Assembly: GCA_903951185.1 (NCBI GenBank)
Contig: CAJBBC010000116.1
Span: forward strand, 1-48,019
Source of the DNA: an uncultured Actinomycetes bacterium
Lineage (GTDB): Bacteria > Actinomycetota > Actinomycetes > S36-B12 > UBA5976
Direction of reading: 5' to 3'
Length of the DNA stretch: 48,019 nt
Below are positions 20,664-30,060 of this stretch, piece by piece; the first letter of the stretch is position 1; every line of letters starts with the position of its first letter. The notes under the pieces were generated by a model. It was not told where the DNA came from. It did no database searches and saw nothing but the letters and a program-made list of their open reading frames with translations. Both the position numbers and the translations under genes were made by a program.

Positions 20664-22400
20664 TTAAGATTCGCGCCATTTACTGGTCATTGGCATCCGG
20701 CGATCCCGGCCAAAAGCCTTACCGGAGACTTTCGGGCCAGGCGGATATTGGCGACGTTTGTACTCAGCCTGATCCGTTAGCGCCAGTGTTTTCACGACAA
20801 CATCTTGTGGGTAGCCAAGGGCAATAATCTCTTGGCTACTGCGGTCTAATTCAACATACTGATACAAGATTGCATCGAGTAATTCGTAGTCGGGCAAAGT
20901 ATCTGAATCTTGCTGGCCAGGGCGCAGTTCGGCGCTAGGTGACTTGGTGATACTGGATTGCGGAATCGGTTCAGTTAAGCCTTGAGCGCTGGCTTGGGCG
21001 TTCCGCCAATTTGCTAATTCCCAAACATCAACTTTTGGCACATCCATAATTGGTGCAAACCCACCAACTGCATCGCCATAGATAGTGGAGTAGCCCACCG
21101 ATAGCTCACTCTTGTTGCCAGTTGCTAAAACTAAGTGACCCTCTTGATTTGAAATACCCATCAAAGTTGTGCCACGGACTCGGGCCTGTAAGTTTTCTTC
21201 GGCCAAGCCAGTTAAACCAAGTTCAGCTAAGTAGGTTTTGACTAGCGGGGCAATCGAAATAGTTCTTAAATTCAAGCCCGTTCGAGTAGCTAAATCTTGG
21301 GCATCAGATTTTGAATGTTCGGAAGAATATTCCGAGGGTAGTGAAATCGCAAATACTCGATCTGGGCCTAAGGCGTCGCAGGCGATTGTTGCCACAAGCG
21401 CTGAATCTATGCCACCTGATAAACCTAGTAATACTGACTTAAACCCATTCTTGGCGACATAGTCACGCAAACTCAGAACTAAAGCGCCGTATAACTCGGC
21501 GTACTGGGGTAGATGCTCATTCTGGGTAATGGCAATTTCTGGTTTAGCCAAGGATTTAGTGGCTGCTAACTCAAGAACTTTCTCGCCACTTGCTAGTGCC
21601 GATTCAGTGCCCGCTTTACGAACTGGAATATCTACAACTAATAGTTCTTCAACGAATTGGTTTGCTCGAGCCAGTAATTTTCCAGTTGGCGAAACTACGA
21701 TTGAGTCGCCATCGAAAATTAAATCATCTTGCCCACCGACCATATTTACGTATGCCAAAGTTGCATTAGCTTCGCTCGCGCGCTTAGCCACTAACGCAAA
21801 ACGGATATCGTCTTTATTGCGCTCGTACGGTGAACCATTTAGAACTAGCAAAAGGCTTGCTCCACTTTGGGCAACCCGCGCTACTGGACCACCGTCTTGC
21901 CATAAGTCTTCACAGATCGCGATTGCGATGTCAGTATCAAAAGCGCGAATAACCATCGATTGATTACCTGGCACAAAATGTCTGAACTCATCAAACACCC
22001 CGTAGTTCGGTAAATGATGCTTGTTGTAGTGGCCATGGATTTTGCCATCGAAAATTACCGCGGCACTATTCATCGGAGCGCCTCTAGGCACACCAAGTGT
22101 TGCTGACTCAGCGCTATCGGTACCGCGTAAGAATCCGGCGATAACCAAAATGTGGCCAAAGCCAGCTTTGGCTAATTGAGTGGCTAAATCGGCGATAGCC
22201 GCACTAGAAGCAGCCTGGAAAGACGGACGCAGTGCTAAATCATCAATTGGATAGCCAGTAATAACCATCTCGGGGAGTAACACGAGATCGGCGCCTTGGT
22301 TGGCGGCATTTCGCACTGTATTTATACAGAGAGCCACGTTGCCGGAAAAGTCGCCAACTGTGGGATTTACCTGACCTAAAGCCAACCGAAGTATTTCCAC
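20664..22400 (-). CDS. nadE: glutamine-dependent NAD+ synthetase (CN-hydrolase plus NAD synthase domains)
   Basis: GTG start. The N-terminal nitrilase-like domain has LLPEM and AICEDLW (catalytic Cys). The C-terminal domain has the SGGIDS PP-loop. Confidence 0.95.
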   Translation of the reverse strand: MEILRLALGQVNPTVGDFSGNVALCINTVRNAANQGADLVLLPEMVITGYPIDDLALRPSFQAASSAAIADLATQLAKAGFGHILVIAGFLRGTDSAESATLGVPRGAPMNSAAVIFDGKIHGHYNKHHLPNYGVFDEFRHFVPGNQSMVIRAFDTDIAIAICEDLWQDGGPVARVAQSGASLLLVLNGSPYERNKDDIRFALVAKRASEANATLAYVNMVGGQDDLIFDGDSIVVSPTGKLLARANQFVEELLVVDIPVRKAGTESALASGEKVLELAATKSLAKPEIAITQNEHLPQYAELYGALVLSLRDYVAKNGFKSVLLGLSGGIDSALVATIACDALGPDRVFAISLPSEYSSEHSKSDAQDLATRTGLNLRTISIAPLVKTYLAELGLTGLAEENLQARVRGTTLMGISNQEGHLVLATGNKSELSVGYSTIYGDAVGGFAPIMDVPKVDVWELANWRNAQASAQGLTEPIPQSSITKSPSAELRPGQQDSDTLPDYELLDAILYQYVELDRSSQEIIALGYPQDVVVKTLALTDQAEYKRRQYPPGPKVSGKAFGRDRRMPMTSKWRES

Positions 22401-22497
22401 TTCTTAAGCGTATCGGCGGTGTGGGCTGGACAAAACAATCGAGATTTAGGGGCGATCCTGTAACACTGCTGTAACGCAAACAAAGGAATATAGGGGG

Positions 22498-23835
22498 ATG
22501 GATAAGCAGACTGAATTTGTACTCCGAACTATGGAAGAGCGGGATATCCGCTTTGTTCGCCTTTGGTTCACTGACGTACTAGGCACCCTTAAATCGGTGG
22601 CCATCGCGCCAGCTGAATTAGAAGGAGCTTTCGCCGAAGGAATCGGTTTTGATGGTTCGGCAATTGAAGGTTTCGCCCGGGTTTATGAATCTGACATGTT
22701 GGCTAAGCCTGATCCAGAAACTTTTTCGATCCTGCCTTGGCGCGGTGATGCCAATAGCGTGGCCAGGATGTTCTGCGACATTAACATGCCAGATGGAAAT
22801 GTCTCTTTTGCCGATCCGCGAAATGTTTTAAAGCGGGCGCTAAGTAAAGCTGCTGATTTAGGTTTCACTTTTTATACACACCCAGAAATTGAATTCTTCT
22901 TATTTAAGAATCAACCAGAGCGCGGCGTTCAACCAATTCCAGTAGATGAAGTTGGTTACTTTGACCATTCGCCAAGTGGCGTCGGTTATGACTTTAGACG
23001 CCAGGCGATCACCATGCTTGAAGCCATGGGTATCTCTGTCGAATTTAGTCACCACGAAGCTGCGCCAGGTCAGCAGGAAATTGATTTGCGTTACGCAGAT
23101 GCGCTCACCACCGCCGACAACATCATGACTTTCCGAGTTGTGATGAAAGAAGTAGCACTTGAACAAGGTGTTTATGCTTCGTTTATGCCAAAGCCATTAG
23201 CCCAATTTCCTGGCTCAGGTATGCATACCCACTTATCTTTATTCGAAGGTGATAAAAATGCTTTCTATGAAGCCGGCGCTGAATATCAATTAAGTAAAAC
23301 CGGCCGTCAGTTTATTGCTGGCTTACTAAAACATGCTCCAGAATTTACTGCAGTAACAAACCAGTGGGTTAACTCTTACAAGCGTCTGGGTGGCGGTGGC
23401 GAAGCCCCTTCTTATGTGTGTTGGGGACACAATAATCGCTCAGCTCTAATTCGAGTTCCTATGTATAAACCAGCAAAAGGTAACTCAACTCGCGTCGAAA
23501 TTCGATCAATAGATTCGGCCTGCAATCCTTATCTATCTTTTGCCTTATTACTTGCAGCCGGGCTAAAAGGTATTGAAGAGGGTTACGAATTACCACCAGG
23601 CGCTGAAGATGATGTTTGGTCATTGACTGATGCCGAACGCCATGCTCTGGGTATCTATCAATTACCACAGTCCTTGGGCCAAGCCATCAAGCTAATGGAA
23701 CGTAGTGAATTAGTAGCTGAAACACTAGGCGAACATGTATTTGATTTCTTCTTGCGTAATAAGCGAGCTGAATGGGAAGAATATCGCGCTCAAGTTACAC
23801 CGTATGAACTTGATAGATATTTGCCGGTGCTTTAG
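22498..23835 (+). CDS. glnA2: type-I glutamine synthetase family, GlnA2-type paralogue
   Basis: 445 aa. FTDVLGTLKS, HHEAAPGQQEIDL, GSGMHTHLS and NRSALIRVP are present. It lacks the NLY(D/E)LP adenylylation Tyr motif found in the glnA1 copy. Confidence 0.9.
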   Translation: MDKQTEFVLRTMEERDIRFVRLWFTDVLGTLKSVAIAPAELEGAFAEGIGFDGSAIEGFARVYESDMLAKPDPETFSILPWRGDANSVARMFCDINMPDGNVSFADPRNVLKRALSKAADLGFTFYTHPEIEFFLFKNQPERGVQPIPVDEVGYFDHSPSGVGYDFRRQAITMLEAMGISVEFSHHEAAPGQQEIDLRYADALTTADNIMTFRVVMKEVALEQGVYASFMPKPLAQFPGSGMHTHLSLFEGDKNAFYEAGAEYQLSKTGRQFIAGLLKHAPEFTAVTNQWVNSYKRLGGGGEAPSYVCWGHNNRSALIRVPMYKPAKGNSTRVEIRSIDSACNPYLSFALLLAAGLKGIEEGYELPPGAEDDVWSLTDAERHALGIYQLPQSLGQAIKLMERSELVAETLGEHVFDFFLRNKRAEWEEYRAQVTPYELDRYLPVL

Positions 23836-24579
23836 ATGAATCCTCGCGTACTTGTTATCGAAAATGATCCAATTGCACCATTGGACTTAGTTGAACAATG
23901 GCTAACTGAAGCTGGATTAACAGTTGACATTATTAAGCCTCATTTAGGCCAGCTAGTGCCCGGTGCAATTCCCGCTGCATACGCCGGATTAATTGCACTT
24001 GGTGGAACGATGGGTGCACATGATGATGAAGAATTTGATTGGCTGACACCAGAGCGCGCATTAATGAAAGATGCAATTGCTCAAGATTTTCCATTTATTG
24101 GGATTTGTCTTGGTGCGCAAATTTTAGCTACTGCAGTTGATGGTCAGTCAGTTCGTACTCCAAAACCTGAAGCCGGCTTAGTCCAAGTGCAGATAAGTTC
24201 AGAAGTTTCGGATGACCAACTTTTTGGCGAATTAGCCGGACAAAAATTACCAGTGACTGGGTGGCATCAAGATTACATAGTTAATTTGCCAGACGACGCT
24301 GTGTTAATTGCCAGCACACCAGAATGTCCAGTACATGCCTTCCGGATGGGTAAAAACGTTTACGGTATGCAATTCCATCCTGAAGTTACTACGCAGACAG
24401 TAGAAGATTGGGCAACACCGAAAGACAGTGTGCTCAAGAAGTTAGGGAAAACACCGCAGCAAGCTGTGGCAGAAGTGCAAGCTGTCCAACCTGAATTAAT
24501 TGAGACTTGGCGACCGGTATTCCAGCGCTGGGCCAAGCTTGTTCTGGACACTCATGCTGAGGAAATACGGGCGAACTAA
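23836..24579 (+). CDS. class-I glutamine amidotransferase-like protein (GuaA-N/PuuD-like)
   Basis: The ATG directly follows the glnA2 TAG (TAGATG). The nucleophile elbow is FIGICLGAQILA and the His-Glu pair lies in MQFHPEV. Confidence 0.85.
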   Translation: MNPRVLVIENDPIAPLDLVEQWLTEAGLTVDIIKPHLGQLVPGAIPAAYAGLIALGGTMGAHDDEEFDWLTPERALMKDAIAQDFPFIGICLGAQILATAVDGQSVRTPKPEAGLVQVQISSEVSDDQLFGELAGQKLPVTGWHQDYIVNLPDDAVLIASTPECPVHAFRMGKNVYGMQFHPEVTTQTVEDWATPKDSVLKKLGKTPQQAVAEVQAVQPELIETWRPVFQRWAKLVLDTHAEEIRAN

Positions 24580-24581
24580 TA

Positions 24582-27527
24582 GTGTCTCGCGAAAGTTCGA
24601 CGACAGCCCGATTAGCACGCTTGGGATTTACAGATACTCAAACTTGCTTGGCTGCAATTGAACGAAATCAAATCTTAGATACGGCCCTTGAACATATTCG
24701 CCTTTCGGCAGATCCAGATTTAGCTTTAGTCACTTTAGCTGCGTTGATTGAAACGGGCGCAGTTGATGTTGGTGGCTGGGAGCCGAAAACATGGCTTCGA
24801 ATATCTGGCTTATTCGGATCGTCCGCTGCACTTGGGGAGCATTTAGTTCGAAATCCAAATCAAGTAGCCCATCTGGCAAATATCCAAGGCGTTTCTGAAC
24901 GAACCGAAATGCTAAAAACTTTACAAGCTGCAGTTAAGCCAATAAATGATTGGGATAGCGCATTAAATAGTTTGCGAATTGCTTACCGTAGAGAAGTAGC
25001 CGCTATTGCAGCAATCGATATCGAAGCTAAAGAATCAAGTACCGCTATTTTGCCCGGCGTTGCAACAGCATTAAGTGATTTAGCTGACGCCGTACTTGAA
25101 ACAGCATTACTTATTGCTAAAACCCAAGTTCAAGACAGTGACAAAGTTGATTTTTCAGTTATTGCTATGGGTAAATGCGGCGCACGTGAACTCAACTATG
25201 TCAGTGATGTGGATGTTCTTTTCATTGTCGCTCCGGCGTTTACAAGTTCTGACGCTCAGGCTGTTGATGAAGTTAGTGCCGTTGATATCGGGACAAAATT
25301 AGCCCAAAAAATAATGCAAGTATGTTCAACCCAAACAACTCAAGGCGTTATTTGGGAAGTTGATGCCAACCTTAGGCCAGAAGGTAAATCTGGCGCTTTA
25401 GTTCGAACATTGCAAAGTTACTTGGACTATTACGAGCGGTGGGCCCAATCATGGGAGTACCAAGCATTATTAAAAGCACGACCGATGGCCGGAAATATGA
25501 AACTCGGCGAAGAATTCATTCGCGTAACTGATCCACTAATCTGGCGAGCCGCCAGTCGGCCAGGTTTTGTTGAAGATACACAAGCTATGCGTGAGCGGGT
25601 TATTGAAATCTTGCCGGCCAAAGACGAGCAGCGCGAATTAAAACTTGGTCGCGGCGGATTACGTGATGTTGAGTTTGCCGTCCAATTACTGCAGATGGTT
25701 CATGGACGATCTGATGAATTAGTCCGAAATCCAAACACGCTTTTAGCTTTAGAACAGTTAGCTACTTGGGGTTATGTTGCTCGAGAGGATGCCGCCACTC
25801 TGTCAACGGCTTATCGGTTTTTACGAACACTTGAGCATCGGATTCAACTTTTCAGACTTCGTCGCACACATACGATGCCAACAGATCCGGATGCACAGCG
25901 ACGGATAGGTCGCTCATTAGGTTTTGGTCTTGATCCGATTGATGAATTAACGAAAGAGTGGAAAAAGCACGCCCGTGAAGTTCGGCGGTTACACGAAAAA
26001 CTCTTTTACCGCCCACTGCTAAATGCGGTTGTGAAACTAGATACTTCTGATGCGCGCCTTTCGCCAGAGGCAGCAAGTGCACGGCTTAGTGCACTTGGTT
26101 ATAAAGATCCGGCGGGAGCTCTTCGACATTTAGAGGCACTCACTTCGGGAGTTTCACGTCGAGCAGTTATCCAGCGCACTTTACTTCCGGTTATGCTTCA
26201 ATGGTTTGCTCAGGCACCTGATCCTGATTCAGGTTTATTTGGATTCAGACAAGTTAGCGAAGCGCTTGGCACCACACCTTGGTACCTGCGATTACTTCGT
26301 GATGAATCGGCAACTGCAGAGCGACTAGCAAAGATTTTGGCAACAAGTAAGTACGCAACCGATTTATTACTTAGGGCGCCAGAGGCAGTAAACCTTTTAG
26401 CAAGCACAGATTTACTTAAACCAAGAAGTGCTAGCGAATTAGCTACGGAGATTTCGGCAATTAGTTCGCGCTCCAAGGATCAACTTGAAGCAGTTACGGC
26501 AATCAGAGCAATTCGGCGACGCGAACTATTTCGAATTAGTAGTGCCGATATTTTAAATGAATTAAATGTGCAGGAGGTTGGTACAGCGCTGACTGACATA
26601 ACCCGAGCCACAATCGTTGGCACTTTAGAAGCACTCCAAGCCAATAACCAAAGTAACCCACCATTTTTAGTAATTGCGATGGGTAGATTCGGTGGAGCTG
26701 AACTCGGCTATGGCAGTGATGCTGATGTGATGTTCTGTTTTGATGATGGTGTTGATCCTGAAAATTCTCAATTGATTGCACACGAGTTAGCTAATAATTT
26801 ACGCAGTCTATTAATGGCACCAAGTCCAGATCCGGAATTATTAATCGATGCTGATTTACGTCCAGAAGGTAAGAGTGGACCTTTAGTTCGAAGTTTTGAA
26901 TCCTTTAACTCTTACTACAAAAACTGGTCAGTTGGCTGGGAAACGCAAGCACTACTTCGAGCCACGACGACTGCTGGCGATTTAGCGTTAGCAAAGAAAT
27001 TCACTGACTTAATTGATCCAATCAGGTATCAAGGTAGCGGTTTAGCTGAAACCCAATTAAGAGATATCCGTCGATTAAAAGCACGGATGGAAGCTGAGCG
27101 CCTGCCGCGTGGAGTTGATCCGACGCTGCATACAAAACTTGGTCCTGGTGGTTTAAGTGATGTTGAGTGGTTAGTTCAAGTAATTCAATTGAAATTTGGA
27201 AGTCAATACGAACACTTAAGAACTACAAAAACAATTGAAGCTTTAACAGCTGCTCGCCAACTCCAATTACTAAATGAAAACGATACCCAGGCTTTAATCG
27301 ACGCGTGGAATTTGGCCACTCAAGTCCGTAACGCAATGATGTTAGTTAAAGGTAAAGCCAGCGATTCAGTGCCAACTGATCTTGCGGATTTAGCCCGAAT
27401 TGCTTACCAACTTGGCTATGGCCTGCGCGGGGGACAGCAACTACTTGATGACTACCGCCGGACAACTAGACGTGCTCGACAAGTTGTGATGCGTGAATTT
27501 TATGGCAACCAAGAAATTACAAACTGA
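24582..27527 (+). CDS. glnE: bifunctional glutamine-synthetase adenylyltransferase/adenylyl-removing enzyme
   Basis: GTG start 2 nt after the preceding stop. The 981 aa contain two nucleotidyltransferase modules (GKCGARELNYVSDVDVLF and GRFGGAELGYGSDADVMF). Confidence 0.95.
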   Translation: MSRESSTTARLARLGFTDTQTCLAAIERNQILDTALEHIRLSADPDLALVTLAALIETGAVDVGGWEPKTWLRISGLFGSSAALGEHLVRNPNQVAHLANIQGVSERTEMLKTLQAAVKPINDWDSALNSLRIAYRREVAAIAAIDIEAKESSTAILPGVATALSDLADAVLETALLIAKTQVQDSDKVDFSVIAMGKCGARELNYVSDVDVLFIVAPAFTSSDAQAVDEVSAVDIGTKLAQKIMQVCSTQTTQGVIWEVDANLRPEGKSGALVRTLQSYLDYYERWAQSWEYQALLKARPMAGNMKLGEEFIRVTDPLIWRAASRPGFVEDTQAMRERVIEILPAKDEQRELKLGRGGLRDVEFAVQLLQMVHGRSDELVRNPNTLLALEQLATWGYVAREDAATLSTAYRFLRTLEHRIQLFRLRRTHTMPTDPDAQRRIGRSLGFGLDPIDELTKEWKKHAREVRRLHEKLFYRPLLNAVVKLDTSDARLSPEAASARLSALGYKDPAGALRHLEALTSGVSRRAVIQRTLLPVMLQWFAQAPDPDSGLFGFRQVSEALGTTPWYLRLLRDESATAERLAKILATSKYATDLLLRAPEAVNLLASTDLLKPRSASELATEISAISSRSKDQLEAVTAIRAIRRRELFRISSADILNELNVQEVGTALTDITRATIVGTLEALQANNQSNPPFLVIAMGRFGGAELGYGSDADVMFCFDDGVDPENSQLIAHELANNLRSLLMAPSPDPELLIDADLRPEGKSGPLVRSFESFNSYYKNWSVGWETQALLRATTTAGDLALAKKFTDLIDPIRYQGSGLAETQLRDIRRLKARMEAERLPRGVDPTLHTKLGPGGLSDVEWLVQVIQLKFGSQYEHLRTTKTIEALTAARQLQLLNENDTQALIDAWNLATQVRNAMMLVKGKASDSVPTDLADLARIAYQLGYGLRGGQQLLDDYRRTTRRARQVVMREFYGNQEITN

Positions 27528-28991
27528 TTAAGTTACGACTCTAAAAGCCGTCATATCCTTACTGGCGCCACCACGCACGTGACCAAAGGGGGCACGGATT
27601 GTTGCTTGGAGGAAGTGAACATTCTCGGCTGTAATGATTTCACCAGGCAAAATATTTGGAATCCCAGGTGGATATGCCGCCAAACTATCGGCTGAAACTC
27701 TTCCGACTGCAGCAGCAGCCGGGATGACTTCAGTCTTACTGAAATAAGCATCTCGGACTGACATCTGGCGATCTCCGGCAATTGGCAGCAAAAGTTGGTC
27801 AGTGCGATTCAATTCACGGATTGGCAAATTAGCTAATCCAGTCAATAGTCGATCAACTTCAGGTGTGGCACCAGCACCAATCAATGCCACCAAAGTTGAT
27901 TCAGTAGCCATTTCGCAATGTACGGCAAATTCATTAAACAATATTGATCGCGCTTCATAACCTGAGATATTGCCAACCGCTGTATTAATCGCAATTCGAA
28001 GCGGGTCAATTTCGTAAACATCAGGATGTTTTTTTAGTTGATCACCAGCATCAGTGAAGCGATTAGCAGCTTTAATCCCAGCTCGAATTGCATTCGCTCC
28101 AGCAAGTGATTTAGTTATTGTCGTTTTGCCATTGACGGCAAGTTGTTTCCGAGCTAAATCTAATGACACGAGTAGTAGTGAATTGACACTTGTGGACTGC
28201 ATTGATCGAAATGCCCGCTCAACAAATGGTTCAAGTTCATCGGCGAAACTACCGTGACCAAGATGTAACATCGCAGTTTGTGAAAGTGAGCCGCCCAGTT
28301 TATGAGTGCTACTAATTACTAAGTCCGCACCAAGTCGAATTGCATTGGTTGGCAATTGGTTATGAAAACCAAAGTGCGAACCCCAGGCCTCATCGACGAT
28401 AAGTGGAACATTAAAACTGTGCGCAACTTTTGCTAAACCTGCCACGTCAGCAACTGCGCCAAAGTAACTCGGCGTTATTACATAAGCGGCAACGGGATTT
28501 TTCGTATTTCGAAGAGCTTCAGTTAAATCTTGAACACTTACGCCATTAGCCACACCTAATTCGATGTCAACTGAGGGTCGGACAAAGTTCGCGACTAATC
28601 CAGTTATTGCTAGACCATCGATAACTGATGAGTGCATTGAGCGTTGCACAACTATATTTGTGCCGAAATTTCGGATAGCTAAACAGGCCGTCAAGTTGCC
28701 CATTGAAGCACCATTGGCTAAAAACCAGGTCCGCCGGGCGCCCCAAGCATCAGCTGCCAATTCAAGTGATTTATCAAGAGGTGTTGGGTAAGTACCGTGA
28801 TCAATCCCTTCGATTAGGGGTGGGACATCTCCGGCTAAAAGTGCGTGTCCAAAAAGTTCAACTAATTCTGGTTGCGCTGTTGATTGCTGCGCCGAGCTGG
28901 CAACCTGGAAACCAGGTGTGGCAAATTTTGCATAGCCGCGTTGGCTGTAAGCCGCAATAGCATCTGCGTAAGGTGTTAAGTTTTGATCCAT
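27528..28991 (-). CDS. PLP-dependent Orn/Lys/Arg decarboxylase family protein (fold type I)
   Basis: 487 aa. The PLP-Lys block is SSTHKLGGSLSQTAML and the domain order matches SpeA/YaaO-type decarboxylases. The substrate cannot be determined from the sequence. Confidence 0.8.
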   Translation of the reverse strand: MDQNLTPYADAIAAYSQRGYAKFATPGFQVASSAQQSTAQPELVELFGHALLAGDVPPLIEGIDHGTYPTPLDKSLELAADAWGARRTWFLANGASMGNLTACLAIRNFGTNIVVQRSMHSSVIDGLAITGLVANFVRPSVDIELGVANGVSVQDLTEALRNTKNPVAAYVITPSYFGAVADVAGLAKVAHSFNVPLIVDEAWGSHFGFHNQLPTNAIRLGADLVISSTHKLGGSLSQTAMLHLGHGSFADELEPFVERAFRSMQSTSVNSLLLVSLDLARKQLAVNGKTTITKSLAGANAIRAGIKAANRFTDAGDQLKKHPDVYEIDPLRIAINTAVGNISGYEARSILFNEFAVHCEMATESTLVALIGAGATPEVDRLLTGLANLPIRELNRTDQLLLPIAGDRQMSVRDAYFSKTEVIPAAAAVGRVSADSLAAYPPGIPNILPGEIITAENVHFLQATIRAPFGHVRGGASKDMTAFRVVT

Positions 28992-29936
28992 TTATTTCGC
29001 GCTATTCCAAACAGCCACTGCTCCAGCTAAATCTTCAACTGCAGTACCTACCGACTTGAAGTAAGTTATTTCATCTGCTGATTTACGACCTGGATGCTCG
29101 CCTCGCGTTAATTTATAAAGGTCGGCTAATACATCTGATTCTTTAATCACTCCATTTGATATTGGAATAACTAAATCACCAGCTTCATGTAATGCGCCAG
29201 CGAATGTGTCACAGAAAATACTTGCACGCGCTACTAATTCATCATCCGTTTCGCGCATCTCTGGGGTAAAAGCACCAACTGTGTCAACGTGTGTACCCGG
29301 CTTGAGCCACTTGCCAGGAATTAGCGGAGTTTTAGTTAACGTTGCTGCCGAAACACTATCACTCTTACCAATTGCACTAACTAAATCTGGATGCGAAGTT
29401 ACGGGCAAACCCTCACTGCGTAACTTCTCAGCTAATGTATGCGCATTTCGAATATTGTGATTCCAGAGAAATATTTCTTCAATAGGGCGAACTGCCATAT
29501 GGGCTTTAATCATGAATGGACTTAGTGCGCCGGCGCCAATCATAGTTAGCACTTTGCTTTCTGGGCGAGATAAGTAAGTGCTAGCAAGTGCTGAAGCAGC
29601 AGCAGTTCGCCAAACTGTTAAGCGCGCCCCATCCATAGTTGCTAATGGCTGTCCAGTTTCACCATTCATTAAGTAATAGACACCATGGATACTTGGTAAA
29701 TCGCGCTGACCATTTTCGGGGACGACGGCAACAATTTTCACTCCGATATATGGTGTTGCTTTTTGATCAGTCCAAGAAGGCATTAACAATAAAACTTTGT
29801 CGGCACCAATACCCGAAATAGTGTGATGTGCCCGAACAGGGGTAGTCCAATCGGCTTGAAATGCTGCGCGCAAATTTTCAACAAGTTTAGGAAACGTTAA
29901 ATACTGATCAATTTGGTCACTTGAAATATGCTGCAC
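28992..29936 (-). CDS. ornithine cyclodeaminase/mu-crystallin family protein
   Basis: GTG start with an AGGAGG SD. The Rossmann motif is MIGAGALSPF and the layout is OCD-like. The stop abuts the decarboxylase start. Confidence 0.8.
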   Translation of the reverse strand: MQHISSDQIDQYLTFPKLVENLRAAFQADWTTPVRAHHTISGIGADKVLLLMPSWTDQKATPYIGVKIVAVVPENGQRDLPSIHGVYYLMNGETGQPLATMDGARLTVWRTAAASALASTYLSRPESKVLTMIGAGALSPFMIKAHMAVRPIEEIFLWNHNIRNAHTLAEKLRSEGLPVTSHPDLVSAIGKSDSVSAATLTKTPLIPGKWLKPGTHVDTVGAFTPEMRETDDELVARASIFCDTFAGALHEAGDLVIPISNGVIKESDVLADLYKLTRGEHPGRKSADEITYFKSVGTAVEDLAGAVAVWNSAK

Positions 29937-29944
29937 GACAACCT

Positions 29945-29970
29945 CCTAGGTAATAAGGCTATTACCTAGG
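29945..29970. promoter_or_regulatory. perfect 11-bp inverted repeat CCTAGGTAATA-aggc-TATTACCTAGG overlapping the SD of the OCD-like gene
   Basis: Read directly. On the minus strand the 3' arm runs into the AGGAGG Shine-Dalgarno (CCTAGGAGG). The repeat sits in the divergent region shared with bioY. Confidence 0.5.
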
Positions 29971-30060
29971 ATTTGTACTCTTAGCCGGGGAAAATACCCC
30001 AGAACACGCTAAATTTAGGCTCACTAGGTAGGCTACGAAGTACGTATTCAAGGAGTTTTA

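Noticed and set aside
22243-22479. 78-aa minus-strand ORF spanning the nadE start, and the 86-aa ORF at 4215-4475
   Set aside because: They are out of frame with well-supported genes or lie across promoter regions. They have no motifs and arginine/serine-rich junk-like composition.
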